From Pseudomonadota bacterium (GTDB lineage: Bacteria > Myxococcota_A > UBA9042): 59,668 bases of DNA. The notes beneath the pieces were generated by a model. The model was not told the DNA's origin. It saw only the letters and a list, made by a program, of their open reading frames with translations, and searched no databases. Below, piece by piece: positions 47,869-56,857 of this stretch (within the stretch, counting starts at the first letter, position 1; each line of letters starts with the position of its first letter). The stretch is from contig JBEARB010000120.1 of assembly GCA_041163625.1 (NCBI GenBank), positions 1 through 59,668 on the forward strand, read 5' to 3'. The position numbers were made by a program, and so were the translations under genes.

Positions 47869-50800
47869 CTACGGGCTGAGCGGGTGGTTGTACTGCATCG
47901 CGAAGCTCAGGTCGGCGATCGACTTGAGCAGCTGCAGGTACTTCTTCAGGCCGGCGTCGGCGGCGGTGCGGTCCGAGTTCGAGAGCCCGGCGATGCAGTC
48001 GTCGTCGGTCGAAGCGGTCGCCTTTCCGGCGCTGCCGTCGTCGCAGAGCGTGCCGCGGCGCAGAAGCAGGTTGGCCTTGGCGATCATCGCTGCGCCGGCG
48101 CCCGCCTTGCGGTTCAGCGCGCTGAAGCGCAGGCCGGTCCACGGGTCGACGAAGCTCACCGTCGCCTCCGCGGGCAGATCCGGCGCCTTCCAGGTGCCGT
48201 CGATCCAGATCTGCGCCTCCTCGATGAAGTCGCGGTCGAAGTTGCCCATGAAGTTGGCCTGGCCGAGCAGGTTGAAGTAGAGCTGGACCGTGAAGTCGGC
48301 GGCCGGATCGATCGGCTCGGCGTGGACCTCGTCGAGCTTGCCGGCGTAGTTCGGGAACACGACCTTGCCGTTCTGGCGGTACGGACCCACGCGCGACCAA
48401 TCACCCGACTGCATCGCGGCGTGAATCGCCCGGATGCTCTCGCTGAACGTGTTGTAGTAGCTGACCTTCCACTCGCGGATGTCGATCGGGTTGGCGCGCG
48501 CGACGAAGTTCGTCTCGCTGTCCATCATCGCCATCATCGCCATCACCTTGTCGACGTAGAAACCGACGTGGTGCAGACACTCGTACCAGAAGTAGCCGCA
48601 CTCGGTGCCGCCCTGGCCGCCGAAGCTCCAGTTGGTCGAGTAATAGCGCGCCTGGTCGACGCCGAGCGAGAAGGCTTGGCCGGCGTTGGCCTTGAGGATG
48701 GTCGAGCCGTCGGCCTGCTTCTGCGGTCCGTAGCTCGCCGCGTCCGGCATCAGGATCGTCTCGACCAGGTACTGGAAGGCGTTCTGGATGGCCCAGGTGT
48801 TGCCGCCCCAGCCCGTCTCCACGTTGGTGAAGAACGCCTGCATCGTCTCGGGCGAGTAGAACTGCGGCAGGAACGCGGCGTACAGGCCGTAAATATCGTG
48901 CCACTGCTTGATGCGGTGGTAGAGCCGGCCGTACCAGCGGTTGGCGTAGGTCCAGTTGTTCACGCCGATATCGCCGCGCGGGAAGCTGCGCGTCACGTAC
49001 CAGGTGTCCCACTCCTGCAGGAAGTGGCTCATGCGCTCCTGGCTGTCGGCGCCGTAGTCTCGCGTCAGGCAGGAGTCCGAGAGATCCGACCGGCCGTGGC
49101 TGCAGTAGACGTAGGGCACGCGCCAGTACGAGGTGCCGTCGACCACGGCCTTGGAGAGGTCGTTGTTCAGCGTGGCGGCGTCGACGATGACGCGGTTGCC
49201 GGGCTCGTAGAGCTTGGTCCCCATCATCTTGTAGATCTGCGTGTAGTGCGTGATCGAGGGCCCGAAGATCAGGAAGTTCAGGATCTCCGAGCGGCCGTCG
49301 AACCACTGCTTCCAGATCGTCGGCTGGCTACCGGCGTCCTTCCAGACCTCGACCTTGTCGGCGTAGCCGAAGAGCATCGCGGCGCGGTCGTACTTGCCGA
49401 CGCCCAGGCCATCGATGGTCAAGCGGCCGGCGTAGTCCATGATCGAGGAGTAGGCGTAGTTGTAGATCTTGCCGTCGATCTCCTTGTCGGTGATCGGGTC
49501 GACCAAGCGGGGGCCGATCTTGCCGTCGTCGCGCAGCTTCCAGTACTCGTCGTGGTAGTTCACCGCGTCGTCCGAGCCGCCGAAGTTGTGCATCAGACCG
49601 AGGCTGTGGCCGACCTCGTGTGCGAAGACCGCGGTGTAGACCGCCTCGCGGACGACCGCGTAGGCCTCGTCGCCGCTCTTGCCCTTGAGCTCACGGGCGA
49701 GGCCCATCAGCGCGTCGTCGAGCATCTCGGGCAGGTACATGTTGCGGCTCGCGGCGATCTCCTCACGCAGGCGCCAGCGGTCGCGGACGTCGAGCATGAA
49801 GCCGCCGCGCGCCGGCGAGATGGCGTCGAGTACCGCAGCGTCGGCCTTCGCGTCGGGGGCAAAGCCGCCGGCCATCTTCATCTCGGGATGGGCGAGCGCG
49901 GCCTCGACCGGCGTGCCTCGAACCGCGGCGAGGCGGGCGCGGGCGTCGTTGCCCAGGCCCGAGAGGTGGCCGAGGTCGTACATCGTCTGCATCTTCTGCT
50001 CGGCCCAGGCATGCGAGCCGTGCTCGTGCTGGAAGTCCAGGTCGGCCTGCGAGATGGCGGTGCGGCGGCCGTTCCAGAACTGCGCGAAGGCGTTGTTCGC
50101 CACGCGCTCGACCATGGTGGTGGCCTCGTTCAGGTCGCGGAAGCGGAACCGCCCGACCTTGTTGGCCGACTCGACCCAATCGGTGAGGTCCAGCCCGTCG
50201 ATGAACTCGGTCGGCTTGATCGCGCCGTTGAGCAGCTCGATCTGCTCGACCGTGCGCCACGCCGCGGTGTTGTTGTGGTGGTAGACGTAGGCCATGCCCG
50301 AGAGGATCTCGCCCGTCTCCGGATCGTTGTTGGACGGTCCGAGGCCAAGCAGGCCGTACTTCATGTACTTGGGCACGTAGGCAAAGAACGAGTAGCGTAT
50401 ATCGCCCAGGCGCGGGCTGCTGCCAGCCTCGCCGCAGACCGCCGGATCGCCGTCGGCGACGGGGTTGTTCGGGCAGAGGACGAACATGTCGCCGTCGTAG
50501 GGGTTGCCGGTCGCCTTGACGACGTCCTTGAAGACGGCGTTCCACTGGTCGGCGACCTTCTGAGCGATCGGCTTGAGGTCGTCGGGGAATTCCGTGTTGA
50601 CGTGGTAGACGATCGGACGCGGCGTGCGGTCTTTCGGGTCGAGCAGCTTGCCGTCGGCGGCATACCAGTTCTGCCAGATGTTGTGGCGCTGCAAGTAGCG
50701 CTCTTTGTTGTTGTTCTTGATGCCCTGCTTGGCGTCGTAGACCATCCGGTCGGCGGTGAAGAAGCCGAACATATCGGTCACCGCGCCCTTGTAGGCCTTG

Positions 50801-51600
50801 GGCTCGTACTGATGGCCGGGGTCGATGCGCAGGAAGCTATGGCGGATGCCGTACTCACCGGCGCCGCACTCGCTGGTCTCCTCACCCATCAGCCAGCACA
50901 ACGGGATGGTGCCGTAGCCCGGGTACTCCATCGTGCCGGCCCGCGCGAAGATGCGCGAGGTGACGTCGAAGTAGTTCATCTGCTTCTCGTCGTCTCCGTC
51001 GATGTCGAATAGGGGTGCGTCCGGGTTGCGGGAGCCGTCGGGGTTCTGCTCCTGCACGAAGTAGGGCACCGGCTCGATCGACTTGCTCTCGAAGTCGAGC
51101 TGGTAGTTGGTCACGTTGTTGTGCGACCAGTCGACGCGCATGAACTCGCGCTCGTACCACGGGCGGTCGATGCCGTTCTCCTCGAGGACGTTGATCTCCT
51201 CGCCCGTGGTCGGGTTGTAGGCGTGACGAATGTCGAAGTGCGAGATGATCGGGAACGCCGCGATGACCTCACCCGAGTAGTCGGTGCCCTTGGCAGTCTT
51301 GTCGTCGGCGTTCTTGATCAGCTCGGTGTCGCGACGCACGAAGAGCCAGCGCTCCTGGATGTCGAAGGTCACCTTCTGCACGCCGCTGTGATCGGTCGAG
51401 CCGACGAAGGTGAAACCGTTCGCCGCAGGCACGTCGACCACGGTGCGCTGGTAGTAGAAGCGCTGGCTGCGGAACCAATCCTTGCGCACGGCGTTGGGCT
51501 GAGTGCGGTCGATCGGCGCGCGCTCTTCGGCGCAGCCGGACAAGAGCACGGCGGCCACCAGCGCGAGCAGCAGCGACAACAGAGAGCGGGATGCGATCAT
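47869..51600 (-). CDS. Large secreted zinc metalloprotease lipoprotein (metzincin-type HExxHxxGxxH motif)
   Basis: Lipobox LLSGC. The 1243-aa protein has the motif AVFAHEVGHSLGLMHNF (HEVGHSLGLMH plus Asn), with a downstream Met-turn candidate (SIMDYA). It has protein-like composition with many Trp/Tyr/Asn. Confidence 0.75.
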   Translation of the reverse strand: MIASRSLLSLLLALVAAVLLSGCAEERAPIDRTQPNAVRKDWFRSQRFYYQRTVVDVPAANGFTFVGSTDHSGVQKVTFDIQERWLFVRRDTELIKNADDKTAKGTDYSGEVIAAFPIISHFDIRHAYNPTTGEEINVLEENGIDRPWYEREFMRVDWSHNNVTNYQLDFESKSIEPVPYFVQEQNPDGSRNPDAPLFDIDGDDEKQMNYFDVTSRIFARAGTMEYPGYGTIPLCWLMGEETSECGAGEYGIRHSFLRIDPGHQYEPKAYKGAVTDMFGFFTADRMVYDAKQGIKNNNKERYLQRHNIWQNWYAADGKLLDPKDRTPRPIVYHVNTEFPDDLKPIAQKVADQWNAVFKDVVKATGNPYDGDMFVLCPNNPVADGDPAVCGEAGSSPRLGDIRYSFFAYVPKYMKYGLLGLGPSNNDPETGEILSGMAYVYHHNNTAAWRTVEQIELLNGAIKPTEFIDGLDLTDWVESANKVGRFRFRDLNEATTMVERVANNAFAQFWNGRRTAISQADLDFQHEHGSHAWAEQKMQTMYDLGHLSGLGNDARARLAAVRGTPVEAALAHPEMKMAGGFAPDAKADAAVLDAISPARGGFMLDVRDRWRLREEIAASRNMYLPEMLDDALMGLARELKGKSGDEAYAVVREAVYTAVFAHEVGHSLGLMHNFGGSDDAVNYHDEYWKLRDDGKIGPRLVDPITDKEIDGKIYNYAYSSIMDYAGRLTIDGLGVGKYDRAAMLFGYADKVEVWKDAGSQPTIWKQWFDGRSEILNFLIFGPSITHYTQIYKMMGTKLYEPGNRVIVDAATLNNDLSKAVVDGTSYWRVPYVYCSHGRSDLSDSCLTRDYGADSQERMSHFLQEWDTWYVTRSFPRGDIGVNNWTYANRWYGRLYHRIKQWHDIYGLYAAFLPQFYSPETMQAFFTNVETGWGGNTWAIQNAFQYLVETILMPDAASYGPQKQADGSTILKANAGQAFSLGVDQARYYSTNWSFGGQGGTECGYFWYECLHHVGFYVDKVMAMMAMMDSETNFVARANPIDIREWKVSYYNTFSESIRAIHAAMQSGDWSRVGPYRQNGKVVFPNYAGKLDEVHAEPIDPAADFTVQLYFNLLGQANFMGNFDRDFIEEAQIWIDGTWKAPDLPAEATVSFVDPWTGLRFSALNRKAGAGAAMIAKANLLLRRGTLCDDGSAGKATASTDDDCIAGLSNSDRTAADAGLKKYLQLLKSIADLSFAMQYNHPLSP

Positions 51601-51616
51601 GACGAGATCCTGGGAG

Positions 51617-52678
51617 CTAGCTGCCGCTGCGCAGTCCCGCGACGAGAGCGTCGGGGAACAAGCGCACCGCCAGCAGGACAGTGGTGAACTGGTTGAAGAA
51701 GGGCTGCCGATAGGTCGAATCGGGCTGCAGCTGCAGGTGCGCGGTCTCGGTCCCCAGCGCGACCGAGACGGCCGGCGCCACCGAATAGTTCAGGTACAGC
51801 GCGGTGAAGACGATGCCGCGGGCGTCCGGATCGGTGCCGCTGCGTGGGACCTCGAAGCCGGACCGGCTGGTCGCGGTCGGGATCTCGCCGAGCTTGTCGT
51901 AGAAGACGCCGCCCTGCAGCGAGAGCGACAGCTTCGGCGCGGGGCCCCACGTGACGGCACCGATGCCCTGCGCGCGCCAAACGGGGTTGCGCGCGCCGTC
52001 GTTGCTGAATTGGCCGCAACCGCTCGGAAGCTCCGCGCAGCCCTCGAGCCACGGCGAGTCGAAGCTGCCGGTGGCGTAGCGATGGGCGAACGGACCGACG
52101 CGTCCGATCAGGGCGATGCTCAGCGATTGCTGCCAGCCCAGCGGCGCGAAGCCCTTGCTCCAGCTCGCCGTCAGGCCGAAGAGCGCGGCGCCGATCATCG
52201 AGTTCTGCAGGCTCGGCTTGCTGGTCGGCAGGCGCAGCTGCGCGGAGGCCGACAGTCCGAGGCCGAGCTTGGGGTTGTTCCAGAGCGCGGCGCCGAGCGT
52301 GAGGAAGGTGTCCGAGAGCGTGGTCTCGCCGTCGTCGGTGGTCCAATCGGAGTTGGTCAGCTCGCGCGTGATGGTGATCATCGCCGAGAGCGAGAACCGG
52401 TCGCCCAGGCGCACCCGCGGGGCCAGCAGCAGCGCCGTCGAGACGTTCGGATTGTAGTCGGGCAGCGCGTCCTTCATGAACGAGGGCGCACCGACCTGCT
52501 GTCGCAACGAGACCATCGAGCCGGCGAAGATCGAGGGCGTACCGCTGGACTCGGCGCCGGCCGGAGCCTGGCCGCCGACCTGCGCGGTCGCACCGGACGC
52601 CACCAGCAGCGCCGCACCGAGCACGAGCGTGCGCAGCGCCGCGAGGCGGGAGGAGCGGGGAGGGTTGCGTTGCGACAT
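51617..52678 (-). CDS. Putative outer-membrane beta-barrel protein
   Basis: Signal peptide (LVLGAALLVASGATAQ). It has alternating hydrophobic beta-strand patterns throughout, a Gly/Ser/Thr/Asn-rich composition, and ends 16 bp upstream of the metalloprotease start on the same strand. Confidence 0.55.
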   Translation of the reverse strand: MSQRNPPRSSRLAALRTLVLGAALLVASGATAQVGGQAPAGAESSGTPSIFAGSMVSLRQQVGAPSFMKDALPDYNPNVSTALLLAPRVRLGDRFSLSAMITITRELTNSDWTTDDGETTLSDTFLTLGAALWNNPKLGLGLSASAQLRLPTSKPSLQNSMIGAALFGLTASWSKGFAPLGWQQSLSIALIGRVGPFAHRYATGSFDSPWLEGCAELPSGCGQFSNDGARNPVWRAQGIGAVTWGPAPKLSLSLQGGVFYDKLGEIPTATSRSGFEVPRSGTDPDARGIVFTALYLNYSVAPAVSVALGTETAHLQLQPDSTYRQPFFNQFTTVLLAVRLFPDALVAGLRSGS

Positions 52679-52801
52679 GAGCTGCTCTGCGTGCTGGCCG
52701 GAGACGAACGGACCGCTCCCGGGCCTGAAGAGCGGCGGAGACTAGCGCAGGGTTCTGCGGGCGAACAGGTGCTTTTCGGGGGGTGGGGTTTGCACGCGTG
52801 C

Positions 52802-52817
52802 AGAGGATCAATCCTCT
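52802..52817. promoter_or_regulatory. 16-bp perfect palindrome AGAGGATCAATCCTCT between the small-protein gene and the OMP-metalloprotease operon
   Basis: It is a 7-bp inverted repeat with a 2-nt spacer. It overlaps the stop of the small gene at 52808 and lies about 125 bp upstream of the OMP gene start at 52678. Confidence 0.25.
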
Positions 52818-53071
52818 CGGAATGCATCCCAATTCGAGTTCATCCCCATGGCCTGTGCGAGATGCGCGTCGCAGAGCGCGTCCGGATCGGCGTCGGCGCG
52901 GCGGACCTCCGTGCAGGCCGCGCAGACTTCGGCCTGCTCGTAGGCAGCCTCGGTCCGGAGCTTGGAGAATCCGGCCAGAACGCGCTCGTCCCCGCGGCTG
53001 CGCTCGGCGGCGGCGCGGGCGGCCGAAGCCTCGGCGGCGCGGCGGGGATCCAGGCGTCGGCGGTCGCTCAT
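52808..53071 (-). CDS. Small hypothetical protein (87 aa)
   Basis: Start MSDRRRLDPRRAAEASAARAAAERSRGDERVLAGFSKLRTEAAYEQAEVCAACTEVRRADADPDALCDAHLAQAMGMNSNWDAFRED with AGGAG 6 nt upstream. It is the C-terminal part of track ORF 52808..53695, whose upstream part is His/Arg-rich and was rejected. Confidence 0.4.
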   Translation of the reverse strand: MSDRRRLDPRRAAEASAARAAAERSRGDERVLAGFSKLRTEAAYEQAEVCAACTEVRRADADPDALCDAHLAQAMGMNSNWDAFRED

Positions 53072-53164
53072 CTCGACTCCTGCGTCGCTCGAACCGGCGC
53101 GACGCCTTGCACCCCGGCCGGCTTGTTGCCACCCTCTCGGGGCCAGTCCGCGGGCGGAGCGATC

Positions 53165-53629
53165 GTGCCAGAGACCCAGAGCCAGATCGAGATCCACGCC
53201 CCTGCCGGGATCGCCTACGCGACCGTCTGGGATGCCTCGCGCTACCCCGAATTCCTCACCGACGTGATCGACGTGACGGCCGCACCCGGACCGACCGCAG
53301 CGCATCAGAACGCCCGGCTGCAGCTTCGCGTGGTGCGCGAGGTCGAGGTCGAGCTCGCGCTCGAGGGCGAGCCGAACAGCCTGGTCACCTGGCGGCTGAA
53401 GGACGGCGGCGGCTGGCTCGAGCGCTACGACGCCGCCTTCACGATCGAAGCGAGCGAAGGCGCGCGCGAGGTCGTCCTGCGAATGCACCTGGACATCGAC
53501 TTCGCCGGAGCGGTGCCCGAGGCGGTGGTGCGGCGCCTGTTCGACTTCTCGGTGCCGACGATGTTGCGGCAGATCAAGGCGCGTGCGGAGATGACGGCGC
53601 GACGCGCCGAGGCGATGGTGGGCTGGTAG
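53165..53629 (+). CDS. SRPBCC-family protein (polyketide cyclase/dehydrase / START-like)
   Basis: GTG start with GGAG 6 nt upstream. The sequence IEIHAPAGIAYATVWDASRYPEFLTDVIDV ... WRLKDGGGWLERYDAAFTIEASEGAREVVLRMHLDIDF fits the cyclase/dehydrase hydrophobic-pocket fold pattern. It is 154 aa. Confidence 0.6.
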   Translation: MPETQSQIEIHAPAGIAYATVWDASRYPEFLTDVIDVTAAPGPTAAHQNARLQLRVVREVEVELALEGEPNSLVTWRLKDGGGWLERYDAAFTIEASEGAREVVLRMHLDIDFAGAVPEAVVRRLFDFSVPTMLRQIKARAEMTARRAEAMVGW

Positions 53630-53654
53630 CAGCCCCGGCCCGTGGAGGCAGTGG

Positions 53655-54242
53655 ATGGCGATCCTGCGCGGAATCGAGACCTTGGCGATCGGCAAACAGA
53701 AGACGGTCGAGCTCGTCTACGGCGGCGGCGGCACCTACACCGACCACGAAGGCGAGCCGGTCAAGGTCGCGGATATCGGCTGCTACGACTGCATGAACGG
53801 CTACTACGTGCTCGAGAGCGACCCGATCGACTTCTGTCCGCACTGCGGCTACCGCGCCGGCAAGGTCTGGGCGACCTACGAAGAAGCGCGTACCTGGGCG
53901 ATGCAGATGGATTGGGCGTGGATGCGCGAGCTCGGCCGTCAACCGATCGGCTGCCGGCGCACCGAGGGGTCTTGGATCCTGGGTTTCGCGCGACATCCCG
54001 ACGATTTGCTGATGGGCGGACGCTTCGCGGCGACGCGGGCGTTGGTGGTCGACGACCGCGCGGTGGCCGAGGGCGACGGCGGCGTCGGCAGCAACGACCC
54101 GGGCCGGCGGCGTGGCCAGGGGCCGGCGACGTTCGGCGGCGGCGGCGACGGCTGGAGCGGCATCGAGCCCGGTGCCGGCGTCCCGAGCGGTGCCGCCGCA
54201 GCGCAGACCGAATGGGCCGACGACGGCCTCGAGATCGACTAG
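53655..54242 (+). CDS. Hypothetical protein with a CxxC...CxxC zinc-ribbon-like motif
   Basis: Start MAILRGIETLAIGKQKTVELVYGGGGTYTDHEGEPVKVADIGCYDCMNGYYVLESDPIDFCPHCGYRAG. The C-terminal 70 aa are Gly/Asp-rich and disordered. The stop abuts the next start (TAGATG). Confidence 0.55.
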   Translation: MAILRGIETLAIGKQKTVELVYGGGGTYTDHEGEPVKVADIGCYDCMNGYYVLESDPIDFCPHCGYRAGKVWATYEEARTWAMQMDWAWMRELGRQPIGCRRTEGSWILGFARHPDDLLMGGRFAATRALVVDDRAVAEGDGGVGSNDPGRRRGQGPATFGGGGDGWSGIEPGAGVPSGAAAAQTEWADDGLEID

Positions 54243-54986
54243 ATGAGCGACGCGCGGCGCAAGATCGGCGGATTGGTCGTCATCGGCGACGAGGTCCTCG
54301 GCCGCCGCGTCGACGATCGCAACACCGCCGCGGTGCTCGACGGCTTCGTCCGCCATGGGATCCGCGCCGGCGAGGTCGCCATCGTCCCCGACGACGAGGC
54401 CCGCATCGCCGCGGTGGTGCGAGATTTCGCCGATCGCTTCGACGTCGTGCTCACGACCGGCGGCGTCGGCCCGACCCACGACGACTGCACCTGGCGCGCT
54501 GTCGGCCGCGCGCTGGGCGATCCCGTCGTGCTGCGGCAAGACGTGCTCGCCTTCATGGAGCGCCGCTCGGGCCGCGCGCTCTCACCCGAGCAGCAGCGCA
54601 TGGCGATGTTGCCGAGCGGCACCGTGATCGAGCGCATCGGCGACGGCTGGGCGCTGCGCCTCGGGGATGTCTGGGTCTTGCCGGGCGTGCCCTCGATGGT
54701 GGCCGGCAAGCTCGACGGGATCCTCGCGCGCTACGCGATGGCGCCGCGCGTGCTGTGCGAGGTGTATTTCGGCGTCGACGAATGGGACGTGGTCGCGCTG
54801 GTCGACGGCGTGGTCGCTGCGCACCCGGGGCTCGCCATCGGCAGCTACCCGATCTTCGATCCAGCCGAGGATCATCGGCTCCGCATCAGCCTCGAAGGCG
54901 AGCTGCGCGAAGAGGTCGAAGCCGGCGTCAGCGCGGTGCGCGCTGCCCTCGGCGAGCCCGCGTTCGTGCGCCTGCGCTGGCGATGA
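54243..54986 (+). CDS. Molybdopterin-binding (MoCF-biosynthesis/CinA N-terminal type) domain protein
   Basis: It has the motifs LVVIGDEVLGRRVDDRNTAAVLDGFVRHGI, VLTTGGVGPTHDDCTWRAV and VLPGVPSMV, which are conserved in MoaB/MogA/CinA-N domains. It is 247 aa. Confidence 0.7.
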   Translation: MSDARRKIGGLVVIGDEVLGRRVDDRNTAAVLDGFVRHGIRAGEVAIVPDDEARIAAVVRDFADRFDVVLTTGGVGPTHDDCTWRAVGRALGDPVVLRQDVLAFMERRSGRALSPEQQRMAMLPSGTVIERIGDGWALRLGDVWVLPGVPSMVAGKLDGILARYAMAPRVLCEVYFGVDEWDVVALVDGVVAAHPGLAIGSYPIFDPAEDHRLRISLEGELREEVEAGVSAVRAALGEPAFVRLRWR

Positions 54987-55146
54987 CGCCCGGCTTGCAC
55001 GCCTGCACAAGATCGTAGGGGGTTGCTGAGCTTCGAAGCGCTCGCGACCCTTGCGCGAATTCCGCAGGTTTGTGTAAGGTCCGCGCCCCCGCCGGCAGCG
55101 CGGGGCGAATGCACGCGGGCGATCGCGATACCGGAGACGACAGAAG

Positions 55147-55935
55147 ATGCGCAGCAACAAGATGATGATCCTGGCCCTCGGCCTCTCGGCCCTCCTGCTC
55201 GCCGCCTGCGGCAGCGAGTCCGGCACTGGCGGCGGCGGTACCACCAACACCACCGACACCGCGGGCGCTGGCGACACCACGGGCGGCGGCGGCGGAGACA
55301 CCACCACCGGCACCGACACCACCACCGGCACCGACACCACCACCGGTACCGACACCACCACCGGCACCGACACCACCACCGGCACCGACACCGTCGACCC
55401 GAACGCCGGCAAGTGCGCCCCGAACGACAGCATGTGCCTGCAGAGCTGCGGCACCAGCAAGTGTATCAAGGAGCTCTCGGCGTGCCAGACCAACCCGAAG
55501 TGCTCGGGCCTGCTCAGCTGTGGCCAGGGCTGCCAGCAGAACCCGCCGGTCTCGCCCCCGGCCGAGGTCACCGGCACCACCTGCCTCGAGAAGTGCGCGA
55601 CGCTCGCCGGCGACGAGGGCACCAAGGCGCTGACCACCATGCAGGCCTGCCTGAGCAAGAACTGCATCAAGAGCAGCTACGATCCGTCGAAGAAGTGCGC
55701 CCAGAGCGACCCCAACTTCAACCTCTGCCTGCAGGACTGCATCTTCGCCGAGTGCGAGAGCCAGTACGAGGCGTGCGAGAACGACGAGGGCTGCGGCAAG
55801 ATCACCGAGTGCGTCGGCAAGTGCGGCTCGGACCAGTCCTGCGCGCAGGGCTGCGTCAGCTCGGCCCCGGCCGTCTCGCAGCAGGCCTTCATCGGCTTCC
55901 TGCAGTGCATGCAGCTGAGCTGCCTCGCGCAGTAG
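55147..55935 (+). CDS. Secreted lipoprotein with a (DTTTGT)x5 linker and a Cys-rich C-terminal domain
   Basis: Lipobox LSALLLAAC. A Gly/Thr linker is followed by 24 Cys in the last 170 aa (CLQSCGTSKCIKELSACQTNPKCSGLLSCGQGCQ...). Confidence 0.7.
   Translation: MRSNKMMILALGLSALLLAACGSESGTGGGGTTNTTDTAGAGDTTGGGGGDTTTGTDTTTGTDTTTGTDTTTGTDTTTGTDTVDPNAGKCAPNDSMCLQSCGTSKCIKELSACQTNPKCSGLLSCGQGCQQNPPVSPPAEVTGTTCLEKCATLAGDEGTKALTTMQACLSKNCIKSSYDPSKKCAQSDPNFNLCLQDCIFAECESQYEACENDEGCGKITECVGKCGSDQSCAQGCVSSAPAVSQQAFIGFLQCMQLSCLAQ
55297..55386 (+). repeat. Perfect 18-bp tandem repeat x5 (gacaccaccaccggcacc), coding (DTTTGT)5
   Basis: Units lie at 55297, 55315, 55333 (one synonymous ggt), 55351 and 55369. 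The array is in frame within the lipoprotein gene. Confidence 0.8.
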
Positions 55936-56002
55936 GGCACGGACCTTCCATCGATGGGGGCGCGCGGCTTCGGCCGCGCGCCCTTCGTCGTTTTGGGCGG
56001 CG

Positions 56003-56857
56003 TCAGACGTCGACGAGGCCGAGCGCGTCGGCCGCGGCGCCGAGGGCGACGGCGTCCGGATCGAGCGAGCCGGCACACAGGCAAACACCCTCGCGCAACG
56101 AAGCGAACGCGTGCCGGGCGACGTGCGCCGCGAGCGGGCTCTGGTCCAAAGGCACGGCCTCGCCCGCGCGCAGGCCCAGCCACGGATGCAGGGCGGCCGG
56201 GGCGTGCACCACGACGGTCGCCGCGTCGAGGAGGTCGACGAGCCCGCCGATCCAGACGCCGAGCGAGCGCTGCAGGGCCCCGCAGAAGTCCGCCGCGTTG
56301 GCGTCGGCGCGGGCGATGCGCCGCGCGATGGCGTCCGCGGCCAGCGTGGGATCGAAGAGCCCCGGCCCCGGCTCCGCGAGCTCCAGGCGCGCCGCTGCGG
56401 CGGCAAGGGCCGCATCGTCCCAGGGCGACGGGCCCTTGCGCGGGGCGTCTGGGCCGGCAGCCAACGTCCCCCGCGCCCAGGCCCGCGGGAAGCCGGCGTG
56501 AGGCACGAGCGGGACCCCGCGCCGATCGCGTAGCACCCTGCCCTCGATGCGGATCAGTCCGGCCGGCACGCCGACGCCGAGATGGACCTGTCCGGCACCA
56601 CGCGGTCGGTCCCCGTCACGCGACACCGCGACGAACTCACCGAGCGCCCGGGCCGTCGCCTCCGAGTGCGGTCGAACCAAGGGCAGCGCCGCGACGGCCG
56701 CGGACCATCGCTCCGTCAGCGCCGTCCGCCCGGCCTCGACGTCGCGATCGGGCACGAAGGCGCGATCGACGACCTCGAGCCCCGCGTCGCCGCGGGCGAC
56801 CAGCGCGAGCCGCGCGCCGAACGCCGTCGGCTCGGCCACCACGGCGGCAGGCGTCAT
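56003..56857 (-). CDS. ASKHA-fold (actin-like ATPase) protein, TsaB/YeaZ- or BadF-type
   Basis: Start MTPAAVVAEPTAFGARLALVARGDAGLEVV. Its ATG overlaps the tatD stop (ATGA at 56854-56857). The N-terminal region has a Gly-rich phosphate-loop-like segment, and VAVSRDGDRPRGAGQVHLGVGVPAG resembles the second ASKHA motif. The upstream 156 codons of track ORF 56003..57325 are Arg-rich and were rejected. Confidence 0.45.
   Translation of the reverse strand: MTPAAVVAEPTAFGARLALVARGDAGLEVVDRAFVPDRDVEAGRTALTERWSAAVAALPLVRPHSEATARALGEFVAVSRDGDRPRGAGQVHLGVGVPAGLIRIEGRVLRDRRGVPLVPHAGFPRAWARGTLAAGPDAPRKGPSPWDDAALAAAAARLELAEPGPGLFDPTLAADAIARRIARADANAADFCGALQRSLGVWIGGLVDLLDAATVVVHAPAALHPWLGLRAGEAVPLDQSPLAAHVARHAFASLREGVCLCAGSLDPDAVALGAAADALGLVDV

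Noticed and set aside
51503-53164. Upstream 550 codons of the 708-aa plus-strand ORF 51503..53629
   Set aside because: Only the last 154 aa (SRPBCC domain, with its own GTG start and RBS) look coding. The upstream part is antisense to the OMP and small-protein genes and is Arg/Gly/Ala-rich.
54987-55146. GC-rich hairpin-like sequence ccgcgcccccgccggcagcgcggggcg upstream of the lipoprotein gene
   Set aside because: It has a short imperfect stem with an 11-nt loop and no U-tract. It is not convincing as a terminator or attenuator.
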